Shown: piece by piece, positions 38,161 to 49,710 of the stretch
Position numbering within the stretch: position 1 is the first letter of the stretch
How the letters are laid out: each line of letters opens with the position of its first letter
Assembly: GCF_048593235.1 (NCBI RefSeq)
Contig: NC_133622.1
Location: 196,509,198 to 196,573,197, forward strand
Direction: 5' to 3'
DNA: 64,000 nt
Source of the DNA: Sminthopsis crassicaudata
Taxonomy: Eukaryota
Position numbers and translations under genes: made by a program
The notes under the pieces: generated by a model
Database searches by the model: none
Told to the model about the DNA's origin: nothing
The model's input: only the letters and a program-made list of their open reading frames with translations

Positions 38161-38476
38161 CCAGGGAAAGAGCTAGAATATAAATCTTCTGTCTTATAAT
38201 ACAATGTTATTTCCATCACATCACATCAATTCTATGAGCAGATGAGAAGGAATGATATTGACAATGACTATGACAAGTCTTCAGTTACTCCGTTTTCTGA
38301 CACTTGGAATAAGCTTTTAAATAGATATCTCCCAAGTCATCCTGTTTGGTTTAAAATATTTCATAGCTATAGGCAATAAGCTCTTAAGAATTTTGCCATA
38401 TCTCATCTGAGTAGTTAATGTGGCCCACAGCTAGCAAAAAGGAAGCTGAATACTGGATAATCAGGAAGTTATGCCG

Positions 38477-38530
38477 ATTATGAGAACAATTATTATGAGA
38501 ACAAAGATTATGAGAACATTATGAGAACAA
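38477..38530. repeat. Short minisatellite, 4 copies of ATTATGAGAAC
   Basis: Copies start at 38477, 38492, 38507 and 38518. Confidence 0.95.
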
Positions 38531-39329
38531 AGAAAAGGGAAATCTGAGCCATGAATAGGAAAAGTTCATGCAGGTATTGGCTAAGTTCAGGAAAGGGAGG
38601 AGAAACTGAGTCATCTACATCATCAGATCTAACAAGGTACATAAGTATATCTAAATACTAAAATTAGAAGGGTTTACTTGAGAAGATAATTGATATATGT
38701 AGTTTGCAAGCACTCTATCTGATTAATAAAAAAGAAAGGGATGACTAAAGGTAGTTTGAATAAGAATGATAATTCAGGCAGATGAGAACATGGAGGTTGG
38801 ATACTTTAGGATTAGCTTTTTAATCAATGCTGTGCACAATCTAAAGGCTCACTTTTAATGGTCCCTGTAATGGTTACAATGATTTTGCCAAATAAATAAC
38901 ATCATATTTGATTTTCCATGCAGGTGTCTAGATAGATGAGGAAAAACTTTGCTCAGCTGAGGACATTTTCTAGGACTTCAAGATAAAAAGATCTCTCAAC
39001 TAGAAAGGATTTCATAGGTCTCTGATTTTGACTATACTTGAAGAGAAATTTCCTCTATAATATCCTCAAAAAGCCAAAATCCAGCTTTTGAATGATGACT
39101 TCCATTCAAAGAGACTCTGATAGTCTCTTAGGAAAACATTTCCCCAACACACTGCTCTACTTTTTTCTAATACTGATGGACTCCACTCCAAGTGTTCTCA
39201 CAGACAGACACCTTTCAGGAATGACAGATACCTGCTTTTCTGCTGTCCAGTTTCTGGCTAAGAGATCCTTTACTTATCTCAGCCAATGCCCAGAAGGGAG
39301 ATGTTATTATGAAGCATTAAAAAATTTTG

Positions 39330-39620
39330 TAAGCATAATATGAGTTTAATTGCAATATTTTCTGGAGGCCAGTTAAGGCCAGCGAAAGTGAAAACCAGCC
39401 TCTTTGCTGAGTTTTCATGTTGTTTATAATTAGCAAATCATCAGACCCTAATTGGCCACAGATGTCTGCAAGGGCTTGCATGTCAGCTCCTCTGCCAGTA
39501 ACCACAGCCAGTACAAACAGTATGGAATTTCTGTAATTTTTACAGTAAAAGTACAAAAGGTCCCAGCAATCTGCATTAATTAAAAGGGTCTTCTAGTAAA
39601 GGAGTCTTAAAAAATGCCAT
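39330..39620. promoter_or_regulatory. Candidate developmental enhancer (homeobox/E-box cluster)
   Basis: Non-repeat sequence with TAATTG (39347), TAATTA (39427), TAATTG (39449), CAGATG (39459) and TTAATTAA (39576). Confidence 0.35.
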
Positions 39621-40373
39621 AAGTAATATTCAGTCTCTACGGCCACTTCTAAAAGCACCTTCTCACACTGAAAAGTCTCATTATCATTTATTTGGTGTCG
39701 TTGGCATTTCTGTTCCAAGAAGTTTCTTTGTTGAACCATGGGCAGAAGACTGGTCACCTAGAAATAATAACATACTGACACTTGAGATTAATTTCCTCTC
39801 CTTTCAGCACATCCCTTACATGACAATGGTTCCCGCCAGTAACACTGGGGTTACATCAGCTCTTTTTCCTCTCATTGCTACATATAAAATAGCCTTCCCA
39901 TGATCCTTTCCTTTCCTTCTCTGCCTATTAAATGCCTTGGATTGGTAAATTCCTCCTGCACTTCCATATTGAGGAAACTGCTAAGCCATTGATCTCTTTT
40001 ACCCTTTCTTAGCTCTGCTCAAGTTTTGTCACCATATCCTATCATGAGTATATTCTTCCTCATCTCACCCCATCATAGTTAACTCACTTTGTATGCATTG
40101 TCTTCCCCTATTAGAATGTAAGTTCCTTAAAATCAAAGGCTATTTCTCTTTTTGCTTTTCTGTATCCCCAGTGTTTAGCACAGTACCCCCCCCACACACA
40201 CACGCACACATACACGCACGCACAAAACCTGGAATAGAAATTCTTTTGTACAGATGGAATTCTAGCTTTCTGTCTTACTCTCAGAGCAATACTCTTTGGT
40301 GAGAAGAATGGTGATGGTAAGAAAGGAGGGAGGAATAAATCAATACAAGAAGCTGCTCTTTCCTCCTTCTCAC

Positions 40374-40484
40374 CTTGCTGTCAGTTCACAATAATTTTAC
40401 CAATAATCAGGCATTATCCCATATCACCCTTCCAGCTCCTTACTCTTCATACTCATGCAACCAGTAGAATTTTCCACTCCAGTC
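40374..40484 (-). other. Candidate non-coding exon (111 nt)
   Basis: Acceptor 'ctttttattacag|' and donor AAG|GTGAGA on minus strand. All three frames contain stops. Confidence 0.25.
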
Positions 40485-41496
40485 CTGTAATAAAAAGCCC
40501 AGAATATTATCAGTGGGGTTCACCTCCAAGTAGAAGTTGAATCTAACTTGAGTCCATTTCTATAGGGCCCAAGCAAACAGAGAAAAGGAGAATGGTTAAG
40601 AAGAAACTTTTTTACTACTTCCCAGTTTATGCCTTTGTTTACAATCAGGAAAAAAAATAAAATCATAGAGAAATTCAAATGTTTATAAGACTATATAATA
40701 AAGAGAGGAAAACCTCCCCTTTTATTAAAAAAAAAAAAAGTAGCATTGAAAAGCAGGTGACCCGTGGAAGAAAAGGATTGAACTAGACCTCCAAAAGATC
40801 AAAGGCAAAATAGAAGGCACTCCCCAACCCCATACATTAAAAAAAAATAGCAGCAAGAGGTCTAGAGTCAGTCAACCTTAGGGCCAGGAAGACCTTATTC
40901 TAATTATGCCTCTGATACATACTAACTCTGGGTCCTTAGAAAAGTTATAAAACTTTTCAATGCTCCAGGCAAGTCTCTAAGACTGCTGAAGACATTTCTT
41001 CATATAGCAGGACTTTTTGTTATAGCAAAGAATTAGAAATTCTTCATCAATTGAAGAATGCCTGAATGGACCATGGGATAGGGATGAAATGGAATATTAG
41101 GCAAGTTCATCAAGAACAAAGTTTCTTTCATGCTTTATGTTTGTACACCCAGTACACAGTGTCTGGCATATAATAAGCACTTGATAAATGATTGTCTTTT
41201 GATGCAACTATGTTATTACTAGGCCTGTACACCAAACATCAAATAAAAAGGAAAAGGACCTCAATGTACAAAAATATTTAGAGCAGTACATTTTGTGATA
41301 ACAGATATCTGGAAACTTAGAAAGAGAAGCATCATTTGGGAAATGGTTGAACAAATTATGCTGCATAAATATAATGGAACTATTGTGTTGTAAGAAATGA
41401 TGAAGGGAATGGAATACAGAGTTAAATGAGCAATAGCATGAAAACAATTTATTCAATCACAACAGTATTATAAAGACAAATAGCTGAAAGATTTAA

Positions 41497-42470
41497 GAAT
41501 GCAGTGCATTCTCAATTGATAAATGGTCAAAGATGAAGAAATCAAAGCTATCTGTAGTCATAAGAAGAAGTGCTCTAAATCACTTTTGATTAGAGAAGTG
41601 CAAATTAAAACAATTCTGAGGTACTATTTCATAATCATCCTATTGGCTAATTTTTTAAAAGGGAAATGATAAATGTTGGAGAGATGTGGGAATATTAGGA
41701 CACTAATGTATTGTTGGTGACCCAACCATTCTGGTGAGTAATTTGGAACTATGCCGAAAGGACTATAAAACTGAATACTCTTTGATCCAGCAATACCACT
41801 ACTAGGTCTGTATCCCAAAGAGATCACCAAAAAGTAGATCACAAAATCACAGAAAAGCTACATGGTGGCAAAATATTGGATTGAGGGAATGGTTGAACAA
41901 GTAGTTCATTCACATGTGGTTCATTCATACAAGTAGTATGTGAATGTAATGGAATACTTTCGTATAATAATAAGAAATTGATGAGTAGGCAGATTTTAGA
42001 AAAACCTGGAAAGACTTGTATGAACTAATACAAAGTAAAAAAAAAAAAAAACAATATGCATAATCTCAGAAACATTGTGTGATGACAAATTATGAATGAC
42101 TTAGCTCTTCTCAGCAACATAGTAATCCAAGACAAGTACAAAGGACTCACAATGGAAAATGTCACCCATTTCTAAATAAAGAACTGATGGGCTCTGAACA
42201 CAAATCAAAGCATACTTTTCTTACTTATTTTTTAAATTTTTTTTCTTTTTGGTCTGCTTCTTCTTTCACAGCTGTAACTAATACAGAAATGTGTTTTATA
42301 TAATTGCTCATATATAACCTATATCAAATTGCCTACCATTTTAGGAAGAAGGTAAGGGAGGGAAGAAAGGAAGGAGAAAATTTTGGAACTCAAAATCTTT
42401 TAAAAATCAATACTAAAGAATATACTGACATATAATTGAGGGAAAAATTATTTTAAAATAAAATAAAATC
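41497..42470 (+). mobile_element. Older L1 LINE 3' portion
   Basis: 'ctcaattgataaatggtcaaag', 'aatttggaactatgccgaaagg', 3'UTR with 'ggaactcaaaatctt'. Confidence 0.88.
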
Positions 42471-43069
42471 AAATTACAATGAATATATTTTTAAAATTCA
42501 ATTCAATGATTTACTCTTAATTCCAGAGGAGCAATGATGAAATAAGCTATAGCTCCTTACCACTATTATTGTGAAGCTCAGTTTTATCCTTAGCTCCCAT
42601 CAGTTATAATACCCCCCCCCTTCAATTGCCTCACCACCAACCCTTGTCTTACTGGTCCCTACTCTAAGCCATAATAGGCACCATTAGTGTCTTAGAGATG
42701 GAAGTAAGTCCTGATTCCATTACAAGAATGGTGGGAGGCATGTTATTACTGTCCAAAGCTAAAAGTCTGAATGATACATAGATGATAGATGATAAATGAG
42801 GGGGAGGAAAGCAAGGAGCCAATGTACTTGAGCTACATTCATGGCAGTATCATTTTTCTGGGGAGAAGGAAAAAAGGAATGTTAGATTTAAACCTGGGTT
42901 CAAAGTTGGCTCTGCCATTTATCATCTATGTGACCTTGGGCAAGTGACTTTATCTCTCTGAACCTAACTTTTTTCATCTGTGACATTAAGGAGCTGCACT
43001 AGATAACCAATAAGGTCCCATTCAGTTCTAACTCTTTGATCCTCTGATCCTACTGTTCTCTACCCTTTT

Positions 43070-43520
43070 GAAACCATATGTAGAGTGCTGAGTTCTGTGC
43101 ATGCCCTTTGAAAGAAACATTGAAAAACTAGAGAACATATAGAGAGAGCTACCAGGAGAGTGAGAGGACTGAAAACTATCATATGGAGAATGGCTGAAAG
43201 AGCAGGACACAGTTAGCCTGAAGAAGAGATGTTGTAAGGGGAGCAAAATATGATAACGGACTAGAAATATTTGAAGGATTCATATATGCGAGAGAGGTTT
43301 AATTTATTCTACATTGCTCCTGAAGGCAGAACTAAAAACATTGGTTTGAAATTAATGGGAGACATTTAAATCAGTTTATTGAAAATTTTCCAACTACTAA
43401 AGCTGTCTAAAAATGTAATGGGTTGTCTCAAAAGGCAATGAATTTCCTATCACTGGAGGTCATCACACATAGGTTAGGTGATACTCTGTCAAAAATATAG
43501 TAGAGTTTTCATGATTAATA
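43070..43520 (+). mobile_element. L3/CR1 LINE 3' fragment
   Basis: 'gttagcctgaagaagagatg', 'gaaatatttgaaggatt', 'aaaatgtaatgggttgtctc...tcactggaggtc'. Confidence 0.7.
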
Positions 43521-44120
43521 TAGGAGTCAGTCTAGATTAAGGGTTCCTAGTTCTAGGACATGGACCCCTGGGTCCTTCAGCTTTGATACCAAATAAATAT
43601 ATTCAAGATCTTGTTATTTTTACCTTTATTTAGTTCCAACAAAACATGGAGTCTAAATAATTGAATTTTATAAAATATATATTGATAGTAGGTGATTTGT
43701 TTTGATTCAGATTCATGATTTTATCAGTACAAGAAGTTCTTCATATGAAAAGCAATTCTATGAATACAACTTGATAAATCCTATGAAACTTATCTTAAAG
43801 AGTGTTCTGAAGGACAGCATGTCTCCCAGATCATTCTGATACCTAAGCCAGTCTATAATGGACTATGATGAATATCTGTAAATAGCACTATGGTCACTAA
43901 AATAAAAATTCATTCAACACATTTGTGAATTCATAATTCACAAAGTTTCCATCATGTATTTTCTCAGTCAAAAATATTAATGGACAGGCTGCTAAACTTT
44001 TCTATATTAACAGAAGGCTAACAGGCTAACATACTTGAAAAGGTTTGGAACCCCTAGAATAGATAATCTTTAAAGAATCTTCCAACTCTAAGAATTTATG
44101 CTCCTTGGCCATAGAATTTT

Positions 44121-44792
44121 TTTAAATTAATTTTTTTATTTATAAAGTTTTTTTTTTTATTTTCAAAACACATGCATAGATAGTTTTCAACATTCACCTG
44201 TGCAAGAACCTTGTGTTCCAATTTTTTCTCCCTTCCTTCCCCCAACCCTAACCATATATAGCAAGTAATCCAATATATGTTAAACATGTGCAATTCTTCT
44301 ATACATATTTCCACAATTATCATGCTACCCAAGAAAAATCAGATCAAAAAGATTTTTAAAATGAGAAAGAAAACAAAATCCAAGCAATTAACAAAAACGT
44401 GAAAACATTGTGTTGTGATCCACACTTAATCCCCACAGTCCTATCTCTGGGGCAGACGGCTCACTCCATCACAAGACCACAGGAACTGGCCTGAATCATC
44501 TTGCTGTTGAAAAAAGTCACATACATCAGAATTGATCATTATATAATCTTGCTGTTGTTGTGTGCAATGTTCTTTTGGTTCTACCACTTCAGTTAGTATC
44601 AGTTAAGTCTCTCCAAGCCTCTCTGTATTCATCCTGCTGATCATTTCTTATAGAACAATAATATTCCATAACATTCATATACCATAACTTATCCAGGCAT
44701 TCTCCAACTGATCGCCACCACTCAGTTTCCACTTCCTTGCCACTACAAAAAGGACTTCTACAAACATTTTTGCACATGTGGGTCCTTTTCCT
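44121..44792 (-). mobile_element. 5'-truncated L1 3' end
   Basis: Poly-T start, antisense 3'UTR and ORF2 tail. Near-perfect TSD 'ccatagaa(t/c)ttt' at 44109-44120 and 44797-44808. Confidence 0.9.
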
Positions 44793-45769
44793 TTGCCCAT
44801 AGAACTTTAGATTAAATGAATGTTGGGTTTGGAATCAGGAGGACCTATGGTCAATTCTGTCTCTGATACTTATTAACTATGTGACTTTGGGAAAGTCTTT
44901 TAATCTTTTAATCCCTCCGTCTTCTAAAAACATATCTAATAAGATGTAGTCATGGTAAATAATAATCTACACAATTTTGATACTGAGAAAGTAACAGATA
45001 CTTTGTATATTCACAAGTTAAGGTTTGGTTGGTTTGTTAACATTCTGTTTTATTTTATTTTCTATATTCTTTCCACTTACATTGGTTTTCATCATTCATC
45101 ATTGTCTCCCTAATCCTTAATTTCCTCTTATTAGTTCATATGAATCATTTCTCTAAGTTTTTCACTTTCACAATTTTCTATGGTATTTATTCTGTCACAT
45201 ACCACAGTCTGTTTAAGCATTTCTCATTGATGGACACCTGCTTTCTTTCGTAGTTCTTTTCTGCCAAAAAACAAACAAACAAACAAAAAACAAAAAAAAA
45301 AACCAAAAGTACTGCTATAAGATGCCTTTTTCTGATTTCGACTATTTTACTAAAACAAAGGAAGTGCAAGCGAACAAGGATAATTTGCAAGGAAAAAACA
45401 AAGAAAGCAATCCATAGAGAAAAGGTACTCAAAATTAAGATGGTCAGTATCCTGTTTGCTAGCATTAAATGGGCATATGACTGATATGAGTACTTCAAAA
45501 TAAGTACTGGGGGAATTGAATCTATAGAACTGTTTGATAATTTTCAAATTGGGACTGTTTAATGACTATATTGCCAAGTTGGGAGTTGGCTGACAGAATA
45601 ATAATCATACAAATTATTCTGCTAAGAATCAGTAGGGTTTATTAAGACCAGATCTCTGAGTGACTCTTAGGAAAAGTCTTTAGAGGTGGATCACAGGGTA
45701 ACCTCAGAATCTTCCCTGCTAACCAATTCTTAGAAGCTTTGCTACTTGGGAGAACTTATTAAAGGAGAA

Positions 45770-46220
45770 GCTTTGCAGGATGATTTCACTAAGACCTGGA
45801 GAAACTTACATGAATTGATGTTAAATGAAGTGAGTAGAACCAAGAAAACAAGAAGATTATAAAATGGTCAATTCTGATAAATGTGGCTCTTTTCAACAAT
45901 GAGGTGATTCAGGCCAGTTCCAATGATTTTGTGATGGAGAGAGCCATCTGCATCCAGAGAGAGGTACTGAGTGTAGAACACAACAAAGCATTTTCATTTT
46001 GTTATTGTTATTTGCTTGTAATTTGTTTTCTTTTCTTTTTGATATGATTTTTCTTGTGCAACATGATAATTGTGGAAATATACATAGAATATTACTTGCT
46101 GTCTAGGGTGGATTAGAGAAGAGAGAAAAAATTTGGAACACAAGGTTTTGCAAAGGTGAATGTTGAAAACTATCTATGCATGATGTGTTTTGAAAATAAG
46201 AAGCTTTAAAACATATAAAA
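45770..46220 (+). mobile_element. L1 LINE 3'UTR fragment
   Basis: 'aggatgatttcactaagacctggagaaacttacatgaattg', 'ttcaacaatgaggtgattcaggccagttcc', A-rich end. Confidence 0.85.
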
Positions 46221-46759
46221 ATAAAATAAACAAGGTTGAGGTATCATCAGTTATGTTTTCTAAAAACAGCTACATTGCTTTGGTTTTCAGAAGCCAATTT
46301 CGTAGGGGATTTAAAGTATATAGTCTAATGCTCTCCAACTTCCATCTGACACAGTGGAAGCTAAGATTCATTTTTTAAAAACTGTTTTACTTTTAAAAGT
46401 TGTATTTGCTATGCAGTATTTATAGTATTGTAGATTTCATGCATTATAAAAAGGGAATATTGTCTGAGCTGAAAAAAAAAAAGAAAAGCTTTGCTTCTTG
46501 GAATTTCTGGTTAGAGGAATAACTTTACTGCTTAAGAGAACTGATTGGAGGGAAATTCTTTGCTGTTTAAAAAAGCTAATTACAAGGGAAAATTTTACTA
46601 CTTTGGAAGAGATGAATGGAAAGGGAAAATTTTACCATTCTGTTTCCTGCCTTGCCATCATCTGTCTGAGAAGTAGAAACCCCTTAACCCAGTCAATGGA
46701 GCAGAATTGGAAAAGTTCTTCAGATTTCAGGCTTAGTTTTTCCATTTTTTAAGAGTATA

Positions 46760-46921
46760 GGAGGGGGAGCTAGGTGGTGTAGTAAAGTACTAGCTCTGAA
46801 ATCAGGAGATCCTGAGTTCAAATTTGACCTCAGACACTTAATACTTCCTAGCTATGTGACCCCAGGCAAGTCAATTAACCCCAATTGCCTCAAGGGAAAA
46901 AAAGGGAAGAGAGAGAGAGAG
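46760..46921 (+). mobile_element. WSINE1-type SINE
   Basis: SINE body with (GA)n tail. TSD 'aagagtata' at 46751-46759 and 46922-46930. Confidence 0.88.
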
Positions 46922-47049
46922 AAGAGTATAATAATACTGCAGCCCAGAAAGAGAGGAGCCAACAGAAAGAAAGTCCTTCTATTAGCAAAAGAATAAAGAA
47001 ACCCAGAAAAGGAACAGCCTCTTCCGTCAATGATGTTGTGATCTGATAA

Positions 47050-47300
47050 GTTTTTGTTCTTCAGTTGTGATCAACTCTTCATAACCCCCATTTGGAGTTT
47101 TCTTGGCAAAGTTACTAAAGAGATTTCTCATTTCCTTCTCCAGCTTATTTTACATTTGAGGAAACTAAGGAAAACAGGGTTATTTGTCCAGGGTCATACA
47201 GCTAGTAAATGTCTGAGGCCAGATTTGAACTCACAAAGATGAATTTTCTAGGCTTCTTACCTGGCACTCCACCCATTGTACCACCTATCTGCCTGATCCA
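47050..47300 (-). mobile_element. MAR1-type SINE
   Basis: 'accccatttggagttttcttggcaaag', 'ttttacatttgaggaaactaagg', 'gtctgaggccagatttgaactc'. Confidence 0.8.
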
Positions 47301-47781
47301 TTAACTTACAGGTGTGCTATATACATTGTTTCTAAAAAAGACAAAATACTTAAAGGCCGTCAATCTATAATTGTGAGTTATCTCCTCCAGACATATGAAT
47401 AACCTATTCAAAAGCCTCCCTCCTATATCTGTAAGTATGGTAAATATTGATAGGTGAAGGTGTCCCAGATTTATGTGTCTTGCTTTGTCTTCTATGTGGC
47501 AAATGTTTCTGATTAGAGTTAGTACATGGCCATCATGGGGATTTGTTTTCATTTATTAAACATATTTGTTCCATAGGTTTTGTTTTTCTTTTTAAATTTC
47601 TCAATAGGACTTGGGAGATAAAATAAGTATTTGCTAATTGGAAAAAAATAATTAATTGAAAAACAAACCCCAAAAGGAGTTAGTTAGTTGTAGTTTGGCT
47701 GATATGTCAAACAGAAAGTCCATTCTTGGGAACTTAAAAGTATAATTATAGGAGTATGTTTCCAAGCAGCAGCAAGCTTAC

Positions 47782-47850
47782 CCTTTGAACTTTGAGAAAG
47801 TGAATAATAGAAGGATGGTCATTCCTTCAGGGAACCTTCCACATGCCAGA
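47782..47850 (-). other. Candidate symmetric 69-nt exon (LACGRFPEGMTILLLFTFSKFK)
   Basis: Long pyrimidine tract ending 'gcttgcactcag|', donor AGG|GTAAGC. One frame open, phase 2-2. Confidence 0.2.
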
Positions 47851-48804
47851 CTGAGTGCAAGCAAGCCAGCCCAGAGGGAAAAAAGAGACAGAAGAATATA
47901 TTGGACTCAGGTGTCATAATCATACATTACACAGCTATAACTAGCAAGGGGACTTTTCCTTCTTCCTAGGTCTATATATCTAGTACTAGAAGCTCTAGGT
48001 CAAGGAGTATAAACATTAAAGTCAATTCCTTAGCATAATTCCAGATTTCTTTCCAGAATGGCTATATCAGTTCTCCAGAAAAATGTATTATTGTGCCTGA
48101 CTTCCTGCTGCTTTTCCTATACTATTTCCATTTTTGTCATCTTTGCCAGTTTGCTGAGTATTAAGTGAAATCTCATCTTTGTTTTAATTTGCTTGTAACT
48201 TATTTGAAGTAAGTTTTATATGGTGGTTAATAATTAGCAATTCAAAAAAGTTTGTCATATTAGTTTTATAGTACTTTTAATAGAACATTGTACTTCAAAC
48301 TTATTATATAGACTTCTGAGAGCTGACTTGAGAACACCATGTATAATACTGTTTCCACTGGAGGAAAAAAATATGGGTTCTTATTTCCACACTATAGTCT
48401 TGCAAGTGAATTTTTGGAACTAAGTCCATGTGGATATGGGATTCTCCCCCAACTTGATAAGAATTAGCTCATGCAAACATTCCCAAACAATTCCACAGAG
48501 CTTGGATTTTCCATATGATGGGAACAAGGAATCCATGAAAAATGTTTGATGTTAAGTGACATTTCCCTCAAAATATTAAATTATAGATATGTCCAAAAAA
48601 AGATATATAACACATGGCAATTTTTTGGTATAAAAATAGTCTTGATTTCCTATATTTTGTTCTAAAATTCCCCTGCAATTTTGGAAATTGGATAGCTTCT
48701 CTTTTTAGTGAAGTTCATGCCAGCAGGGAGACTAAACTGGCAGTGGTTTTGTCAACATTTGGTTACAGGAAGCCATAAAACAGGAGAAGAACCAAGAGCC
48801 TAGC

Positions 48805-48975
48805 TCATCCAGAGGTGGAAATAGAATTACTAGGTTTACACATAAGTGATGGAGAGTCAGAGCTTCCACTTCGGCAATTTTTGTGAAGCCACAGAGAAGA
48901 TTTCTGTGTATTGAAGCAACTGCAGAATCTGCCAACAATGGTCGATACTCCCTCTATACATGGATAGCATCCCAT
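48805..48975 (-). CDS. Hypothetical 56-aa small ORF beginning MGCYPC
   Basis: ATG in strong context (ggcATGG) just after acceptor 'tttcttgctttgtag|'. I translated 57 codons to TGA at 48807-48805. No homologue recognised. Confidence 0.15.
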   Translation of the reverse strand: MGCYPCIEGVSTIVGRFCSCFNTQKSSLWLHKNCRSGSSDSPSLMCKPSNSISTSG

Positions 48976-49069
48976 GCCTATCTACAAAGCAAGAAAGCTA
49001 CCTTTCTCATCTAGTAGTGGAGAGGAGCAGCTGGATTGCAGTTTACCTTTAAAAAGATCAGGGAAGTTT

Positions 49070-49710
49070 AATAGAAAACAAGTGCAGTATTCAATAGTGT
49101 GATGTGACAGCCAAAAGAAAAATGAAAAAAATCTTAGTCTCTATCAAGAAAACCATTATATTTAGGAAAAGAGGTGATAATCCTGCCCTACTCTGTCTTA
49201 GTCACACCAGACCTCAAATATTATATTCAGTTCTGTGACATTTTAATTAGGATACTGATGAGCTATAAATCATTCAGAAAAAAGCTAAGGTGATCAAAGG
49301 TTTCAAGATTATGCTGTATGCAAATTGGATGGATGAAGTGAGGGGTATTTAACCAGGAAAAGAGAATTTAAAGGGGTTGGAGGAAACTGCTAGATCTGTT
49401 CTGTATTTGAAAGGCTGTCATATCAAAAATTCACTTTTTTTCTGCTTGGTCAAATGGAAGAACTAAGAACCAAGAGTGAAAGTTACAGAAAGGTGGTTGT
49501 AGGCTGCACATAGGAAAAACTTCCCAAGAGTTAAAGGCATCTGAGAATAAAATATACTGATTTGGAAGGTTAGGGGTTCCACCTCAACCACATTTTCAAG
49601 CAAAAACTGGATGGCCACTTGTCAGGTATACAGTAGAAAGTATTGTTGTATTGGCATAAATTGGACTAGATAGTCCCTGAAGTTCCTTCCAGTGATGAAA
49701 TTCTGTAATT
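49070..49710 (+). mobile_element. L3/CR1 LINE 3' end
   Basis: 'gtgtgatgtgacagccaaaag', 'ccctactctgtcttagtcacacc', 'tatttgaaaggctgtc', 'ttggactagatagtccctgaagttccttcc'. Confidence 0.8.

Noticed and set aside
38477-38530. Repeat-spacer pattern resembling CRISPR
   Set aside because: Units are 11 bp with 0-4 bp spacers in a mammalian genome, so it is a minisatellite.
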